Assembly: GCF_009914755.1 (NCBI RefSeq)
Contig: NC_060925.1
Direction: 5' to 3' (one strand)
DNA from: the human T2T-CHM13v2.0 reference genome, Homo sapiens
DNA length: 64,000 nucleotides
The notes under the pieces are model-generated. The model saw only the letters and a program-made list of their open reading frames with translations. It was not told the origin of the DNA and searched no databases. The position numbers and the translations under genes are program-made. Positions 48,091 to 62,238 of the stretch are shown here, piece after piece (within the stretch, counting starts at the first letter, position 1; every line of letters begins with the position of its first letter).

Positions 48091-49179
48091 GCCACAAGGG
48101 TGGCTGTTACACCCCACTGTCTGCCCCAGGTGATGCTACAGAGAGAGCCTTTATGTGAAGTGATCTCTCCTCACTGCTGAACTCTTCTTTCCAGGGTGTG
48201 TGGGAAGGGGGAAGAGGGAGGAGAAGGGGGCAGGTCTAGTTGGGTGCGGATCTGGGGCTGGTCTTAGGGGTGCATCTTGCAGGGCCAGGGTCAGAGAACA
48301 GTTTTCATCCAGGGCAGGCCATGGCACTGGGCCTGGAAGGTTGCTCCACAGTGGAACCCAAGGGGAAGCTGAGACCCAGGCCCAGGAAGGCTGAGTCCCT
48401 CAGTCAAGGCAGAGAGATGTATGTGGGGAGCAGTGCCTGGTTAGGGGCAGGGGTCCTGAGAGATGCCTGAGCACCCCATTGTGTCCCATGGTGTCCTCTG
48501 GGACTGGCAGTACCCAGGCCAGGCTGGGTGTGGCTGGGTCTCCTAGCTAAAGGAGGCCATGGTGCCGCCTCTCTCCTGCACTCTGGAGCTGCTATTGGCT
48601 GTCTGCTGATCCCTCTGTCCCTGATCCACTCCATTCTTGGCTGTTAGCTTTCTGTGTGGCACTCTCCAGGGCACTGGATTTACCTCTTTTCTCTGTGCAA
48701 CGCTGGTGTCACACTCCTCTGCCTGCCACTATGCTGATCCCAGCACCTGCAGGACAGGGAGATGCACCATGTTAGGGAGGCTGTTCAGCCCTGACGGAGG
48801 CTAAGGCGTGTTACTGCAGGGGTTGCAGCGGGCTCTCCATTTGCATCCAGGGAGGCAGGACACCTTCATTTATCAGCAGCGGGTCTTTTGTGTTTATCTC
48901 CTGGATTGAGTCTCTTCTTGAAGATAATAATTAAAGCAGGCACATTAAGGAAGTAACAGCCCTGGGGGCCTCTGAGGGGGACCAGGATGGGGGTACGATG
49001 TCGACCAAGGATGAGGGGCTTGGCTACCAGTGCAGGAGATGCTGAGGAACAGAGGCCTCTGTGAGTCCAAAAGCTTCCTTCACTACAGGGAGAAGGGGGC
49101 CCCAGTCTGTGCTTTCCATTGAGAGGTGTTGAAGGGAGGGTAGTGGGGGGCAGGGGAGGGCGCCCTGGAGGAGAAGTCA

Positions 49180-49370
49180 GGCCCACAGGGCTTCCAGTCC
49201 TGGCTCCACCACTTCCCTGCTGTGTGACTGTGGACAAGTTGCCTCCCCTCTCTGGGCCCTTTCCTCATCTGTAGGTGGGGATGGTGCTTCCATCAGCCCC
49301 TTCCTCCCAGGGTGATTGTGGGGATGAGCCCTCCAAGTGGCACAAATGGACACCAGGAGCACGTGGCAGT
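49180..49370 (+). mobile_element. MIR SINE
   Basis: gctgtgtgactgtggacaagttg...ctctctgggccctttcctcatctgta. Confidence 0.8.
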
Positions 49371-49556
49371 GAGTGCAGTGGTTGGGGCAGGGACTGGAGG
49401 CAGTCACCGGCCTGGGATTTAGACCCAAGCTGTGAGCTCAGGAAAGTTCCTCAACTTCTCAAGGTCTTGGCTCCCTCAGCTGAGAAATGGGTTACTACCA
49501 GTTCCTTCCTTAGTGAGTGGTCATGACGATTACTGATGTGGTGCAGCACTCTCACT

Positions 49557-49574
49557 ACACACACGCATGCACGT

Positions 49575-49610
<36 letters not shown>
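49557..49610. repeat. (CA)n microsatellite with imperfect start
   Basis: Directly visible. Confidence 0.95.
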
Positions 49611-49612
<2 letters not shown>

Positions 49613-50129
49613 CTGGCCAACAGGGGGTGGCCTCCCAGGCTTTCCCACGGGTGCGAACCCAGGGTGCATCTGTGCTCCTTCTCTCCATAGACCCCGGCCT
49701 GACCCCAGCTGCCAGTCCACAGAGCCCAGTCCCACTCTGCTTTGCTCTCTTTGCTGTGCCTACTAAAATAGTTTACTCCCCTTTCTCGACCGTGGCCCAG
49801 GGAAGGGAGGATGCTTGCGCCTGGAGTCTGGACTACATTTTCTGAAAGAAAGATTGTTATTCATGGTTATTAGCAGTACAAGCCATTAGAGCTTTTTGAC
49901 TGACTAACCCCAGTCTACAGCAGAGTTTCATGAAAAGATATATCCTGAATTGCAAAGATCTTTAGGAACACAACACTCCTAAATTATTGGAGAAGCAATG
50001 CATATCCATCGTGTACCTCCTGAGTGTTAGGCAGGCTAAGGTCTTTGCGTATGTTAATGCACTTTCCACAGTGACCCAGTGAGATTGGTGGTGTTTAGTG
50101 TTATTTATGGTTTTTCTCCCCTGGCATAT

Positions 50130-50895
50130 ATTTATTTCATTATTTAAATTAATACTTTTATTCTGAGATAATTGTAGAGTTCTATGAAGTTGTACGAGAG
50201 ACACAGAGGTCATTCCCTGCTCTTCCCCACTAAGTATAATGATCAGCTCTGGAGGTAACACAAGAGACTCCCAGAGGAGCACTCAGAAAAGAGGAATGTG
50301 ACTGGTTAAGGACCCCAGGACTGGAGGAACAGTATAGTAGCGGGCATCTCAGACCCCTTCACCCACCCAGGAGACCCAGGCCCAGAGTTTCTCTACTGCT
50401 CCCAACAGAAGGTGGCCCAAGTAGGCTTCTTCCTCCCCACTGGATTTAATGAAAGCTCCACCCATGACACCAGCAAGGAAGCACCCAGCTCAGGAAGTCC
50501 TCCTCATCCCTGTGGGAGAATTTAAAAGTTTAATTTATAAAAAGAAAAGGAGGAAAACAGAGAGATTTTGTGTACCCTTGACCCAGTTTCCACCCATGGT
50601 AACATCTTGTAAAACTATAGGACAAATTACAACCAGGATACTGACCTTGGTACAACCCACCCATCTTACTCAGATTTCCAGTTTTTACTTGTATTTTGTG
50701 TGTGTGTGTGTGTGTGTATTTAGCGCTATACAATTTAACACCTGTGTTGGTTTGGTTATCTTCCATGATAGTCAAGATTCAGAATAGTTCCATCATCAAT
50801 ATACCCTCCTATTGTGCCTTTAAAATCACCCCTCCCCACCCCCACTGCCCGCTTCTCCCCTATTCTAAGCCTTGGCAGCCTGTTCTCCATTTCAA
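50130..50895 (-). mobile_element. L1MC-like 3' end, interrupted at ~50213-50555
   Basis: tgagataattgtaga...acagag / tgtacccttgacccagtttccacccatggtaacatcttgtaaaactatag. Confidence 0.8.
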
Positions 50896-51299
50896 ACCCT
50901 GAGCAGACAAGGTATGGGAAGGGCAGTCCAGACCAGGGTAAGGTCACACGCAAGGTGTGGGCCACAAAAAGGCCCAGGTAATGGATGGTGAAGAGAAGGG
51001 GCTGGACTCCCAGCCTCAAGGAGCTTTACAGAAAAGCTACCAACTTAGGAGCAAGGAAGAGAAATCAGCATGGGTACTGTACAGACGCATTTCATTAGGG
51101 ACTTCATCTCACTCTCACCGTCCCCCTTGAGCTCTCATCTTTGGCAATCCAGAGGTGAGGTTGCTTGCTTGCATTCCTCTCACTACAGCAGCTGCACTGA
51201 CTTTTGCTTGTGGGTCACTCCTTTCCCTACTCTGTCTGTGAGGCTGCACCTGTAGCTCAGCAGTGGGCTGTGGGACTAACGCTTAAACTAACCTGTGCA

Positions 51300-51663
51300 A
51301 TATATCTTTCTAGCACAGCCATCAGCTCAGGGAGGGCAATGATCCAGGGAACCACCGAGATCCAATGGACATTTTTCAGGCCTCCTGCAGAAGACGCTCT
51401 TGCTCTTCACCACTTGGAAGTTCATGGTCCACAGCTGTTGCCATCACCTTAGATGCAGCCTAAGAATGAAGACAATGTGTGAAGGAGAAATGGAGAAAAG
51501 CTAGGTCTTGGCAACATCACCAAGAGGCCCCTTCAAGCCATTTCTGGAGTCAACTTTTTCAGAAAGTTTCCATTACATGAATCAATGGAGTTCCTTTGGC
51601 TTAAACCAGTTTGGGCTGAGTTTTCTGACATGTGCAACAGAGAAGAAACTTAACTGGTTCACA
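51300..51663 (+). mobile_element. Old MaLR LTR (MLT1K-like)
   Basis: Ends ttacatgaatcaat...gcttaaaccagtttgggctgagttttctgacatgtgcaac...taactggttcaca. Confidence 0.65.
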
Positions 51664-53089
51664 GACCCACAAAAATCTGCAAAGCAGAAAAAGGGCTTTG
51701 CAGAAGGATGCAGGGGCCCCCTCAGATCCCAAATATAGAAAGTTCAGCCAGGTGTCCTGGGGTCTAGGAGTCACCCAACAGTGACCCTTCCCATTTCTCT
51801 CTGGGTCTTCCTCTGTCTCCCATACTGGATCTGTGGATAATCCACGTCTATTTCCTTTTGGTCTTCTTCCCCCTCACTGTAGACTGGCTTCTCTGCTCAC
51901 TTCCGATCCAGCATGGCCTCACCAAGATGATTGCCTCTAACCCACAGCCACGTGCTCTTCCAGCTGGCCCCCACAGCTTCGTGACTGTCTCTATGTTCCG
52001 AATGGAGATTCTCTGGAGAGAAAATTGGATAATGTGGCCAGTGTGGGTCAGGTGTCCTCAATACTGTATAAGCTAAGGGTTGGTAGGTGGGTGAGGAGCA
52101 ACTTAGCAGGGTTGTAGGCTGAGCAGGGAGGCAATGGAGAAAATAAACAGGAGAAAACAATCAATATTTCTAAAAAGATGAGAATTGTAGTTTGTATTCT
52201 TTAGATAAGGAAAGTGAAGCTCAAAGACGTTCAAGATCCTACAGCAAACAAGCTGCGGCATCATGACTTACATCCGAGGGTCAGCTGGACTCCAACCTCC
52301 AACACCCACTGCCCAGCCCCCTTGCCTTTTTTTCTCTTCTTCCCATCCACTCCTTTCACCTGCCACTTCCTGCGGGGCCAATCCAGGCAGGAAATGGGGA
52401 GAAACTGACCTCCCTGGAGGAGAGTTCATAGGAGCAGCTTTCTGGGCTTACAGCGGTGAAGATCCATCTTTGGCTCCTCAGTAGAGGGGACATTTGCAGA
52501 TTCTCACAGAGCCATGCACCTGAAGCAGAGCTTTCCTTTCAGAGAAGGCCTGAGGAAGTCAGCACTGAAGAATCTACGCTTCATTATTCACACAAGTAAG
52601 AGTTTAATTAAAATTTCATGACGGTCATTGTGTTTTACCCGAATGGCTAACTGATGGCCTTGCATTTCTGCCTGGGTCCAGCAGTCCCACCACTGAGTTC
52701 TTCATCTGAAACCTTTCCACCTCCACAAATCATTTTGGATAACAAGCCATTTTGTAATTGCCACAAAGTTCAAAGTGGAGCAGACTTCTCTGCAGACACA
52801 ATGCCCCAGTGACTGTCGCTTGAACAAGTCCCTCTTGGGAGCAGGGCTGGGGTTTCACCCAGTGTCTGCCGGCCAGATAATCATGCCCTCCTTTTCCAGG
52901 AGACAATCTCAGACATTTGCTTGGTGGGATCAGTGGGATGATTTCAGGTAAACATTGGTCAGGAAGGATTTGAAGGGGAGATTCCAGGAGGCTGTCCCTG
53001 GAGGTTACTGGAAACCATGTCTCTGCAGACAGGGGCAGTGGGAAGGAGGGAGGTATGTGTGTTCCCTTCTCCTCTGACCCTTCAGGTTC

Positions 53090-53280
53090 CTTAGGGGCAT
53101 GTGGGTGACCTTGGGGCAGTGGCTTCACCTCTCAATGCCTCAGTTTCCCCACCTGGGAGGCAGAGCAGATGAATCCTCCTGACAGGGTGGTTGTGAGGGC
53201 CACGGGGGTGGGCCTATGGGCAGCTCTCAGTATGGTTCCTGGCAGCAGGTGTTCAAATCTGTCAGTGTCGGTGACTTGAG
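53090..53280 (+). mobile_element. MIR SINE
   Basis: gtgaccttggggcagtggcttcacctctcaatgcctcagtttccccacctg...ggttgtgaggg. Confidence 0.85.
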
Positions 53281-54009
53281 TTGGGTGCACAGATGACTGT
53301 TGACTGGGGTGAGGTGTGGTACCCTGGCTTCCAGCCCTCACCTGTCCCACTACTGACCATCTGAGGAGGCCCCGGGCACCCCTGGGCAGCAGGAGAGTGG
53401 GTCGACATTGAGATGGCCCAGAGGTGACACTCAGAGATGTGGGCAAGGGGCCTTCCTGCCCAAACGACAAGATAGTTGTGGGGCAACCCCCGCCACCGCT
53501 GATGGGAAGGAACACTCAGCATTTATAGAGGCAGGGGCAAGTGAGTGATGATCAGAGGGTCAGGCCAGATGTTCCAGCAACAAAGCAGACAGACCACTGT
53601 GTGGCTTCAGGCAGGCTGAGCTCTACCCACCATGGGGGCTGAGGGCAGGTGAGGAGGGTGGATCCTGACTAGGGATGAAGGGAGCATCCCTAAGATGGCA
53701 GAAAAGGGACAGAGCCTGAGCTCAGAGCCCAGGTCAGGTCCTGGGAATGAGAGTGCAGCAGCTGCTGCAATTCCCTTCGGTATCTGCATTCGCTATTGTA
53801 GGACTCGCTGATGGAAGAACTGAGCAGACTTGCTGGTAACTGGAGATGTTCAGTGTGGTGTGGACTTTGGGAGACAGGAAGGATGCTATGGGAGGGGCTG
53901 CTTAGGACTGACTCTATTGAGCATCATAAAGAAGGGAAGGAGAACCCATGGGGGTTCTTGGGGAGGACATAGATCTGTCTTTGGAGGATAGGACAGCAAA
54001 GTTAAAGGA

Positions 54010-54125
54010 ACAACTGGACTCAATTGGGAGATCTGGGTTCTGAGCCCAACTCTCTCTCTAAACAACTGTGTGACCTGGGGCAAGTCACTTGCCCTCTCTG
54101 GACTTAATCTGCACATCTACAGAAC
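54010..54125 (+). mobile_element. MIR-family SINE
   Basis: gatctgggttctgagccca...ctgtgtgacctggggcaagtcacttgccctctctgg. Confidence 0.8.
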
Positions 54126-54569
54126 AAAATCACTTCTAAAACCCCTCCCCTGATTAGGCCTTGACTCTACAGGGTTCTGTATGATGCCTGCTGTACCAAC
54201 CCCCCACCCCACCCAATTCTCTTAAAATCCACCTAGTGGCTTCCCAGCACAAGCTGCCTTCTTCCAGGAGGCAAGTAAGCACCAGGAACCCACAGTGCTG
54301 ACTCGGCAGCCCTCCAGGTCACTGTGTGATGCCGGGTCTGGTGGTGACAGGGCTGCTCGGTTCATTAGAGACTAGGGCTAATGTGTCCTCATCCTTGGAG
54401 GTGCCATTACTGGGTAGTTTTGGCAGCCTTCTCTGTGGGAAAGGAGAAAATGGGGGAGAATGGGCAGGGAGAGATGAACCTCACACCTAGAGAGAAGAGG
54501 CTGAGGCAGCAAAGTTTTGTGCTGGTCTCAGCTTGGAGACATAGGTGCTAGAGGGGAGACAGCTAGGCT

Positions 54570-55085
54570 CTTTTATTTTATGTAATAGGAAACTCAGCTC
54601 ATCCCAGCTTGAACTCAGAAGGGAGTTAATGGTTTTATGCCACTGAAAAGCTCAGGGATGGATGGCGGGGCCTTGTTGCAGGGGCTCAAATGATGAATCC
54701 CATCAGTGCCTCCTCCATATTTTAAAAAATCTCTTCCTCATGTGAGGCCATGTTCAGATCCCCCTTCTTGGTGGCCAGATGATTTCCATCCAGACTGGAG
54801 TCCAGCAGAGAAGAAAGACCTTTTCTTCCCAATAGTTGATCAAAGGTCCTAGCTGATTCCCCTTGGTTACACACTCAACCCCGAACCAGTCTGGATGGCC
54901 AGAGAGGGGGAATATGGTGGTTGGCTTGATCCAATCAGGGATCATCCTGGAATTGGGAGGTAGGATTAACCCTGCTTAGGTTCAGGGATGGGCTGAGAGT
55001 AGGAGGGGGGAAATTCTGGGCACAGCTTTCCCAGTAAAAGGGTCCAAGGGTACTGGGTGGCAAAAGCTCACAAATATCCTCTTCT
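54570..55085 (-). mobile_element. Old MaLR LTR (MLT1K/L-like)
   Basis: actgaaaagctcaggg...caggggctcaaatgatg...ccccgaaccagtc...tggccag...ccaatcagg. Confidence 0.55.
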
Positions 55086-56344
55086 GGGCTTAGGATGAAG
55101 GTCATGAAAAGCAAATGTTTTAAACAAAACCAAGAAGGAGAGGGGAAGAAAATCCTAACATCCATGAAGCATGACTGATTTCATTTCATCTTCCCAATCA
55201 TCCAATAAGATTGCAACTACTATTGTCCTAAATCTAGAATCCTATATTTTAGTGCTGGAAGGACCTTCAAAAGCACCTGATCTGATACCTTCATGCTTAT
55301 AAATAACAGAAGAAAAATGCAGAGAGGTTAAATGACCATCTCAAGGCCACACAGGTGAAATACCCAGGTCTTCCTAGAGAAAGCTCATCTCAGTAAGCAT
55401 CCACCTGCTCAGAGCTGCTGTAGAATTACAGTGAACTCTCGGCAAGAAGAGCCTCTCTGTTGCTCAAATCAAGCAGGGCAGCCCGTGGGCCAGAGTCCAC
55501 TTTGACCTAGGCTTGGGGGAAAGGGGGTCCCTCACCATCTCTCTGGCCCCTCCTACCTCCTCCCCTGCAATGAGCAGCTCCTATCTTAGGAGATGCATCC
55601 CGCTGGACCCAGCCAGAGACCTCTCTCTGAGGATCTTGTGACTCTTCACACCTCACACTCCTGATTGCACAGATGATCCCAACCTCTGCCACTCCTACTT
55701 CACCTCCCTGTGGGTCTGTGAAGTTAGGAAAGTTAATTCCAAGAGTATGAGAAATGATGAAGCTCTTCACAGTCATCTAGTCAAAACCTTGTATTTTACA
55801 AGGGGGAAGACTGTGGCCCAGAAGGAAAGTTCATTCCAAGACAGGCAGAGTACTCCAGGGTGGAAGGCCTCCTGGCTCCCACTCTACTGCTCTCCCACCA
55901 CACCACTGGCCTTGCAGGCTGTGCCAGTCCTGAGCTGGAACTCTCATGGCCCTTGGTGGAGACCATCAACTACTCTGATGCCTACTTACACAATGACAAC
56001 CTCTCCCCCTTGAACAGTGTTGCCCTTTGCAAGGTGTATACACTCTCCTGTTTACACATGAGACAACTGAGGGAGTCACATCAGAGATCAGGACCAACCC
56101 CCTGCATTCCAGGACCGAAGCTTTCAAAGAATTTGTGTCACTTTATCCTCTTTTGATTGCTGATAGGCTGGCATCACTGGGACTGTTGCCTTCGTTATGG
56201 ATGAGGGAATTGGGCTAAGAGAGGCCCAGCCACCTGGGCTCCAACACAGAGCTGGCCAGTGGTGAAGAGGGAGTGGGCCAGGTTTCCAGGAGTCCAATCT
56301 GGTGCACTGTCTACACCCCCCAAAACCTCCATCTCCCACTGCTA

Positions 56345-56870
56345 CTTGTATACTCAGGAATGCTGTGCCCAGAATGATGGAAACCTGGCCAACAGAGGCC
56401 TAAACAAATTAGGGATTTATTTTTCCCACTTCAAGGGACATCTGGTAGTGGCCACTAGTGAAGGCCCAGCAGCTCCAAGATGCCATCAGGGCCAGTCTCC
56501 TCCTCTATTTCCCCTTCATGTCCTCCATGTGTGTGGATGCCCTGAGGTCACAGCATGGTGGCTGCTCCTTCTCTGGGACCCAAGTCCCCTGTCAGGATGG
56601 GCAATGGCTGTTCTAGTGGAGTCCTGCAGGCTTTCCCAGAATGCCCTGCAGCAACCTCTGCCCCTCTCTCATTGGCCGGAGCTGTGTCACATGACTTTCC
56701 AAGAATGGGACCGGGAATGCAGTGTTTTCCCATCTCATTGGCTGGAGCTGTGTCATATGACTACTGCAGAGGGAAATTGAATGTTTTTAAGTAAGGGAAA
56801 TTGTCCCTGATAAAACAGGGGTTTTGTTAGTAAGAAACCAGAGGAAAATAAATGCCAGTGGACAGGCAAC
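56345..56870 (-). mobile_element. Old MaLR LTR (MLT1L-like) with internal 66-bp tandem duplication
   Basis: aacagaggcctaaacaaattaggg...tctcattggccggagctgtgtcacatgac at 56667, repeated at 56733. Confidence 0.6.
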
Positions 56871-57299
56871 CTGCTGTCTCCGCATCAACACTTGCTGTCT
56901 TCTTTTCACATTCGTTACCTCATTGGATCTACATGCGAGCTCATTGGCTGTGGTGAACAGGCAGTGAAAGGCTGAGTGCCTGCCGGGGGCCCCAAAGGCA
57001 GGTGCTGGCTGAGCCAGGCTAGCCCCAGAGCACCCAACAGCTTCCCCACATCGGTGCCCCTGCTCCCTTTGTCTGCCTCTCTCTTCTCTCTGTCCCACTT
57101 CTCTGCCTCTCTAGTTCCCCAGAGCAGTCTGGGTCAGCTAGGACTTTTGATCCTGGAGAGGAGGGGTCAATGGTTCATCAGTTATGTTTATGACACCATG
57201 TTCAGCTTGAACTACTTTTAACAACAAGTCTGCTATCAAAAGTCCAAACCCAAACCAACCTCCCCCTACCCCTAGCATCACATCCCTCTCTCACATCCT

Positions 57300-57760
57300 T
57301 CTGGTGGGTTGTTCATTAGGGAAACCTTAGTGGAGGACATTTGGGCAGCATCTATCAAAATTCAAAATGCTGGGATCCTTTATTTCATCAATTTAACTTT
57401 TAGTAGTTGATTTTTCTGAAATATTCATGAATATAAAGTTATATAAGGACCGCCACTACAATGTTACTTGCAATTGCAAGATTGGACACATCTAAATATC
57501 CATCGGTAGATGGCAAATTATGATTATCTAAACTATGGAACATCCATACTACTTTATACTAAGCAGCCATTAAAATGATTGAGTTTGGCCTCTATGACCT
57601 GACTTGGGAGAATGTCCCTGGTAGGTATTTAAGTAAAGCAGGTTGCTGGAGAATGTGAACAGTATGATAAAGATTACAATAATATTGGTTTATACCTAGA
57701 TAAATATCTAGAAAGATGTGCACCTGTACTGGTTGATTCTCAGGAAAATTCCTAATGGGT
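57300..57760 (+). mobile_element. Very old L1 (L1ME-like) 3' fragment
   Basis: tggaggacatttgggcagcatctatcaaaatt...ctaaatatccatc...gcagccattaaaa. Confidence 0.7.
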
Positions 57761-57769
57761 TGAGATGCT

Positions 57770-58460
57770 CTGACCACATGAATTCTCCATCTTCTTATCC
57801 CAGACCATTTGTTTCCGAAATCCCTTCCCCTCTCACCTCATCATCAATGTTCCCTTCTCCCCTGGATCATTTCCATTAGTGTATGAACATACCGCTGATT
57901 CTCTAATCCTCCAAATAAAAACAAGTCAATACCGAATCTCTCCTGTTACTTTTGCTTTCTCTTGCAGTAAAACGAAATTGTCATCATACTTGCTATCTCC
58001 AATTTCTCTCCTCCCAATGTCTTTTTACTCCACTCTACCCAGATTTCACCCCTCACACTCTGCTACAAATGCTCTTGGCAAGGTCACTAACAACCTCAGC
58101 ATTGGGTTAATGGTCAACTTTCAATGGCACTTGGCCTATTGGTATTTGGCATAGTTGCTCATTCCTCCCCTCTGAAACTCTCTCTCCCCTCAGCACCTGG
58201 AACTCCACAGTCTCTTGGTTTTTCTTCTACCTCCTTGTTGCTCCTCCTCCATTTTCTTTGCTAATTCATCCTTGGCTCCTAGCCTTGTAAACCTTGTGCT
58301 ATCCCAGGGGTCCACCCTTGGTCTTCTTATCTTCACTTACTCTCTTGGGGATGTCACCAGATCCTGGGTCTTTACATTTTGTTCATATACTCATGGCTCC
58401 CAAATTTACATCTCAGCCTTATCTCTCCCTAATTTCAAGCCTTTTACATCCAACTGCTCC
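57770..58460 (+). mobile_element. L2 LINE (ORF2 region remnant)
   Basis: ctcttggcaaggtcactaacaacctc...cccaggggtccacccttggtc...gctcccaaatttacatctc. Confidence 0.8.
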
Positions 58461-58795
58461 TGCTCCCTCCCTTCCACCCTTCTTTCCCCCTTCCTTTTTT
58501 GCTTTCTTCTGTCTGCTTTATTGCTTCCTTCCTCTCTCTTCCTCCCTTCCTCCATTGCTCACTCCCTTTCTTCTCACAAAAGTAACATATTAATCACCCT
58601 TATAATTTTCTCTCTGACACACACACACACACACACACGTCTGAGTGTGAAACAACCTTATAAGTAAGAACTATTTACAAAATGAAGCAATTCCACACTT
58701 TACAAAAAGATTTGCCAAAGCCTTCCTTGAAATGCTGCACTCTCTAGGGGCCTACAAAAATGATTTTGATTTATAAACACATTTCTTTTATGCTC

Positions 58796-59582
<787 letters not shown>

Positions 59583-59585
59583 TAT

Positions 59586-59604
59586 TGGATGTCAGGAGTG
59601 GGTT
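59586..59604 (+). other. Degenerate primer-binding site, tRNA-Leu(CAG) type
   Basis: TGGaTGTCAGGAGTGGGtT versus expected TGGTGTCAGGAGTGGGAT (one insertion, one mismatch), 3 nt after the LTR. Confidence 0.78.
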
Positions 59605-61949
59605 TCAAAGCAGACTTACCTTGGAGACATCAATGGCCCCTGGAACTATGGCATGAGGTATCCATACTCGGGCCCCTTGAGCCCCTTTTCTTCCATGGGT
59701 CACCTGTTTACCCCTTGATTAGTCTTTCTCAGATCAGACTTCCATTTTCTTTTGGCTGAATTTGGTTTTATTTTGGAATTGGTTAGGAACGGTCTTCCTC
59801 CTCCTGGTTGTGAGGCCTGGTTAAAGGGATTTTTTTCTCCCATTGAAGATAGCTTATCATCCTTCTTGGTAATTACTTACCTTATTTTCCAATTCATCTG
59901 GATGCTTAGATTTAGTTTGTCATTTGTGTATTCACCATTAAACTGAATCACTTAGATACATTTATTTACAAATGGGCTCTCAAAGTTCAAAGGCATGCCA
60001 AGAGTGTTTCCTACTTCTGGGACTCTTGATGGTGGGTGACATGTTCAAACATTATAGGGATCATTCAAACAGTCTGTTTTTCTGAAAACTGAGCTAAAAG
60101 GTTGTAGCTATAAAATCATACAGTCTAGACAGGATGCATATCTCAATTGGTATGTCCAGACTACAAAACACATTTAGGACTCAAAGATTGCCTTACTGAA
60201 AAATACTGTTTCAATTCTAGCTGAGACTTTTCTCTTTCCAAAGCCTTTCCCTCTCCATTCTACATCTCTTCCTCTTTATCTTTCTCTAAGCTAAACTCTC
60301 TTTTTTCAAAAACTCCTCAACTATTCTGACATACTGTTTATTTAAATAAAGACACATTAAAACCAGTAGACACAAAAGAAAATCACTTTGACCTCTGTGC
60401 TGTTTCTTAAAAGCAAAAGATGAAATTCCCATGTAAAGGAAATCTCTCTGTAGTAAAAGGAAGGGCAACACTCTTATTATCAAGGATGAGGAATTGAGAC
60501 CAAGAGAACACTCTACAGATCTTGTTATAATAACTCTCATCTTTTGGGCTTCCTTGCATAATTCAGTCACATTTTCACAGTTAACTATTCTTTGTCCAAT
60601 CCAGTATATTGGTAAATGACTCAAATTGCTTTAATTAAAATTTGGTTCAAAGCCTTTATAAGATTGCTTATTAGGAAAAAGATCTTAGTTTAGCCTTAAT
60701 TCATTTTGTCAGAAATATAATTTAGATTCAACTGTCTTTTATAAACTGGTGAGTTTTGTGTGTTTTTCTGTCTCATGACTAAAATTCTAAAATGAAAGCT
60801 GTAAAATTTTTGCATGTATGTATTAATATATGTTTAGGTGTGCTTGTGTATATGTACATGTATTATATGTGTGTCTACATGGTAAAATCTGGCATAGTTG
60901 GCCAGAAATCTTTTAAAGAATTCTATTCAGATTGGCTTAAATAAATGAGTGCTCATATAAAATATATAGTAATTAACTCAAATGCCTTTTAGTGTCCTTC
61001 TGAGAGGGAGATGATTGGTGGAGACTTCTCTTCCATCATCTTGCTCCACCCCCTTAAAGTACCCATATATTTAACTTTAAGGTTCTTACTTAGGTGAATA
61101 TCAGATATTCGTAGGCTGTGAAAATGGTTAATAGAAAAATAGCTTGAAATAATGAGTAGCTTTGTCTAATATCTCAGTTCTAATAAGTAGTCTGAGTAAA
61201 TTATTAAAAATAAATTAAGTCAATGTAAATGAGATAAATGTTTATAAACAGACTTTTTATGTACTTTGAAATCTTAAAGTTATGTTAAATAATAGGTACT
61301 TATTAAGTGGGTCATTTCTAAAAATAAGATAAAAAATGGAAACAAATTGCTGAACATAGATCTGTTCTTGGTTTCTTAAATTTCATAAAAAGACTAAATA
61401 TAGTTGGGTGTATTAATACATATAAAATTATAAGAAAAACATAAAATGTGTTTTTTATTAAAAAGAAAAATATTTTGTCTAATTTGGGGGTTATTTAAAT
61501 ATGTATTTAACAAATAAAATTAAGATATAAAGTAAATCATAAGTAGGAGAGAGAGATATAAAGAAAGTTATAGATTTAAAGATATATTTTTAGGTTAAAA
61601 ATTAAAATAACTTTGTATAAAAACATTTTTTGATACATTTTTGTCCTAAAATAAAATGACTGGTTTTTTAGAAAAAGTGTAAGACAAAGAAGAAAGTCTA
61701 AGCATGTCATCAAAGGTCTGAGTAAGTCATGATAAAGCTTCTAAAGGATAAATTTATAAGATGAATTATGTGTGTTATCACAATGGCTATAATTAAAAGG
61801 GAGTTATTTATAAATCTTCCTAAAGATTGAGTTTTGATATTTAAAATAAATTGATATAAAACTAAAAATATGGTCCCCTATGTTTACACAACAAGATGTT
61901 CTTAAAAGATTGACCTGCTTTTAGCAAAATGTAAGAGGTTTTGATTTTT

Positions 61950-62238
<289 letters not shown>

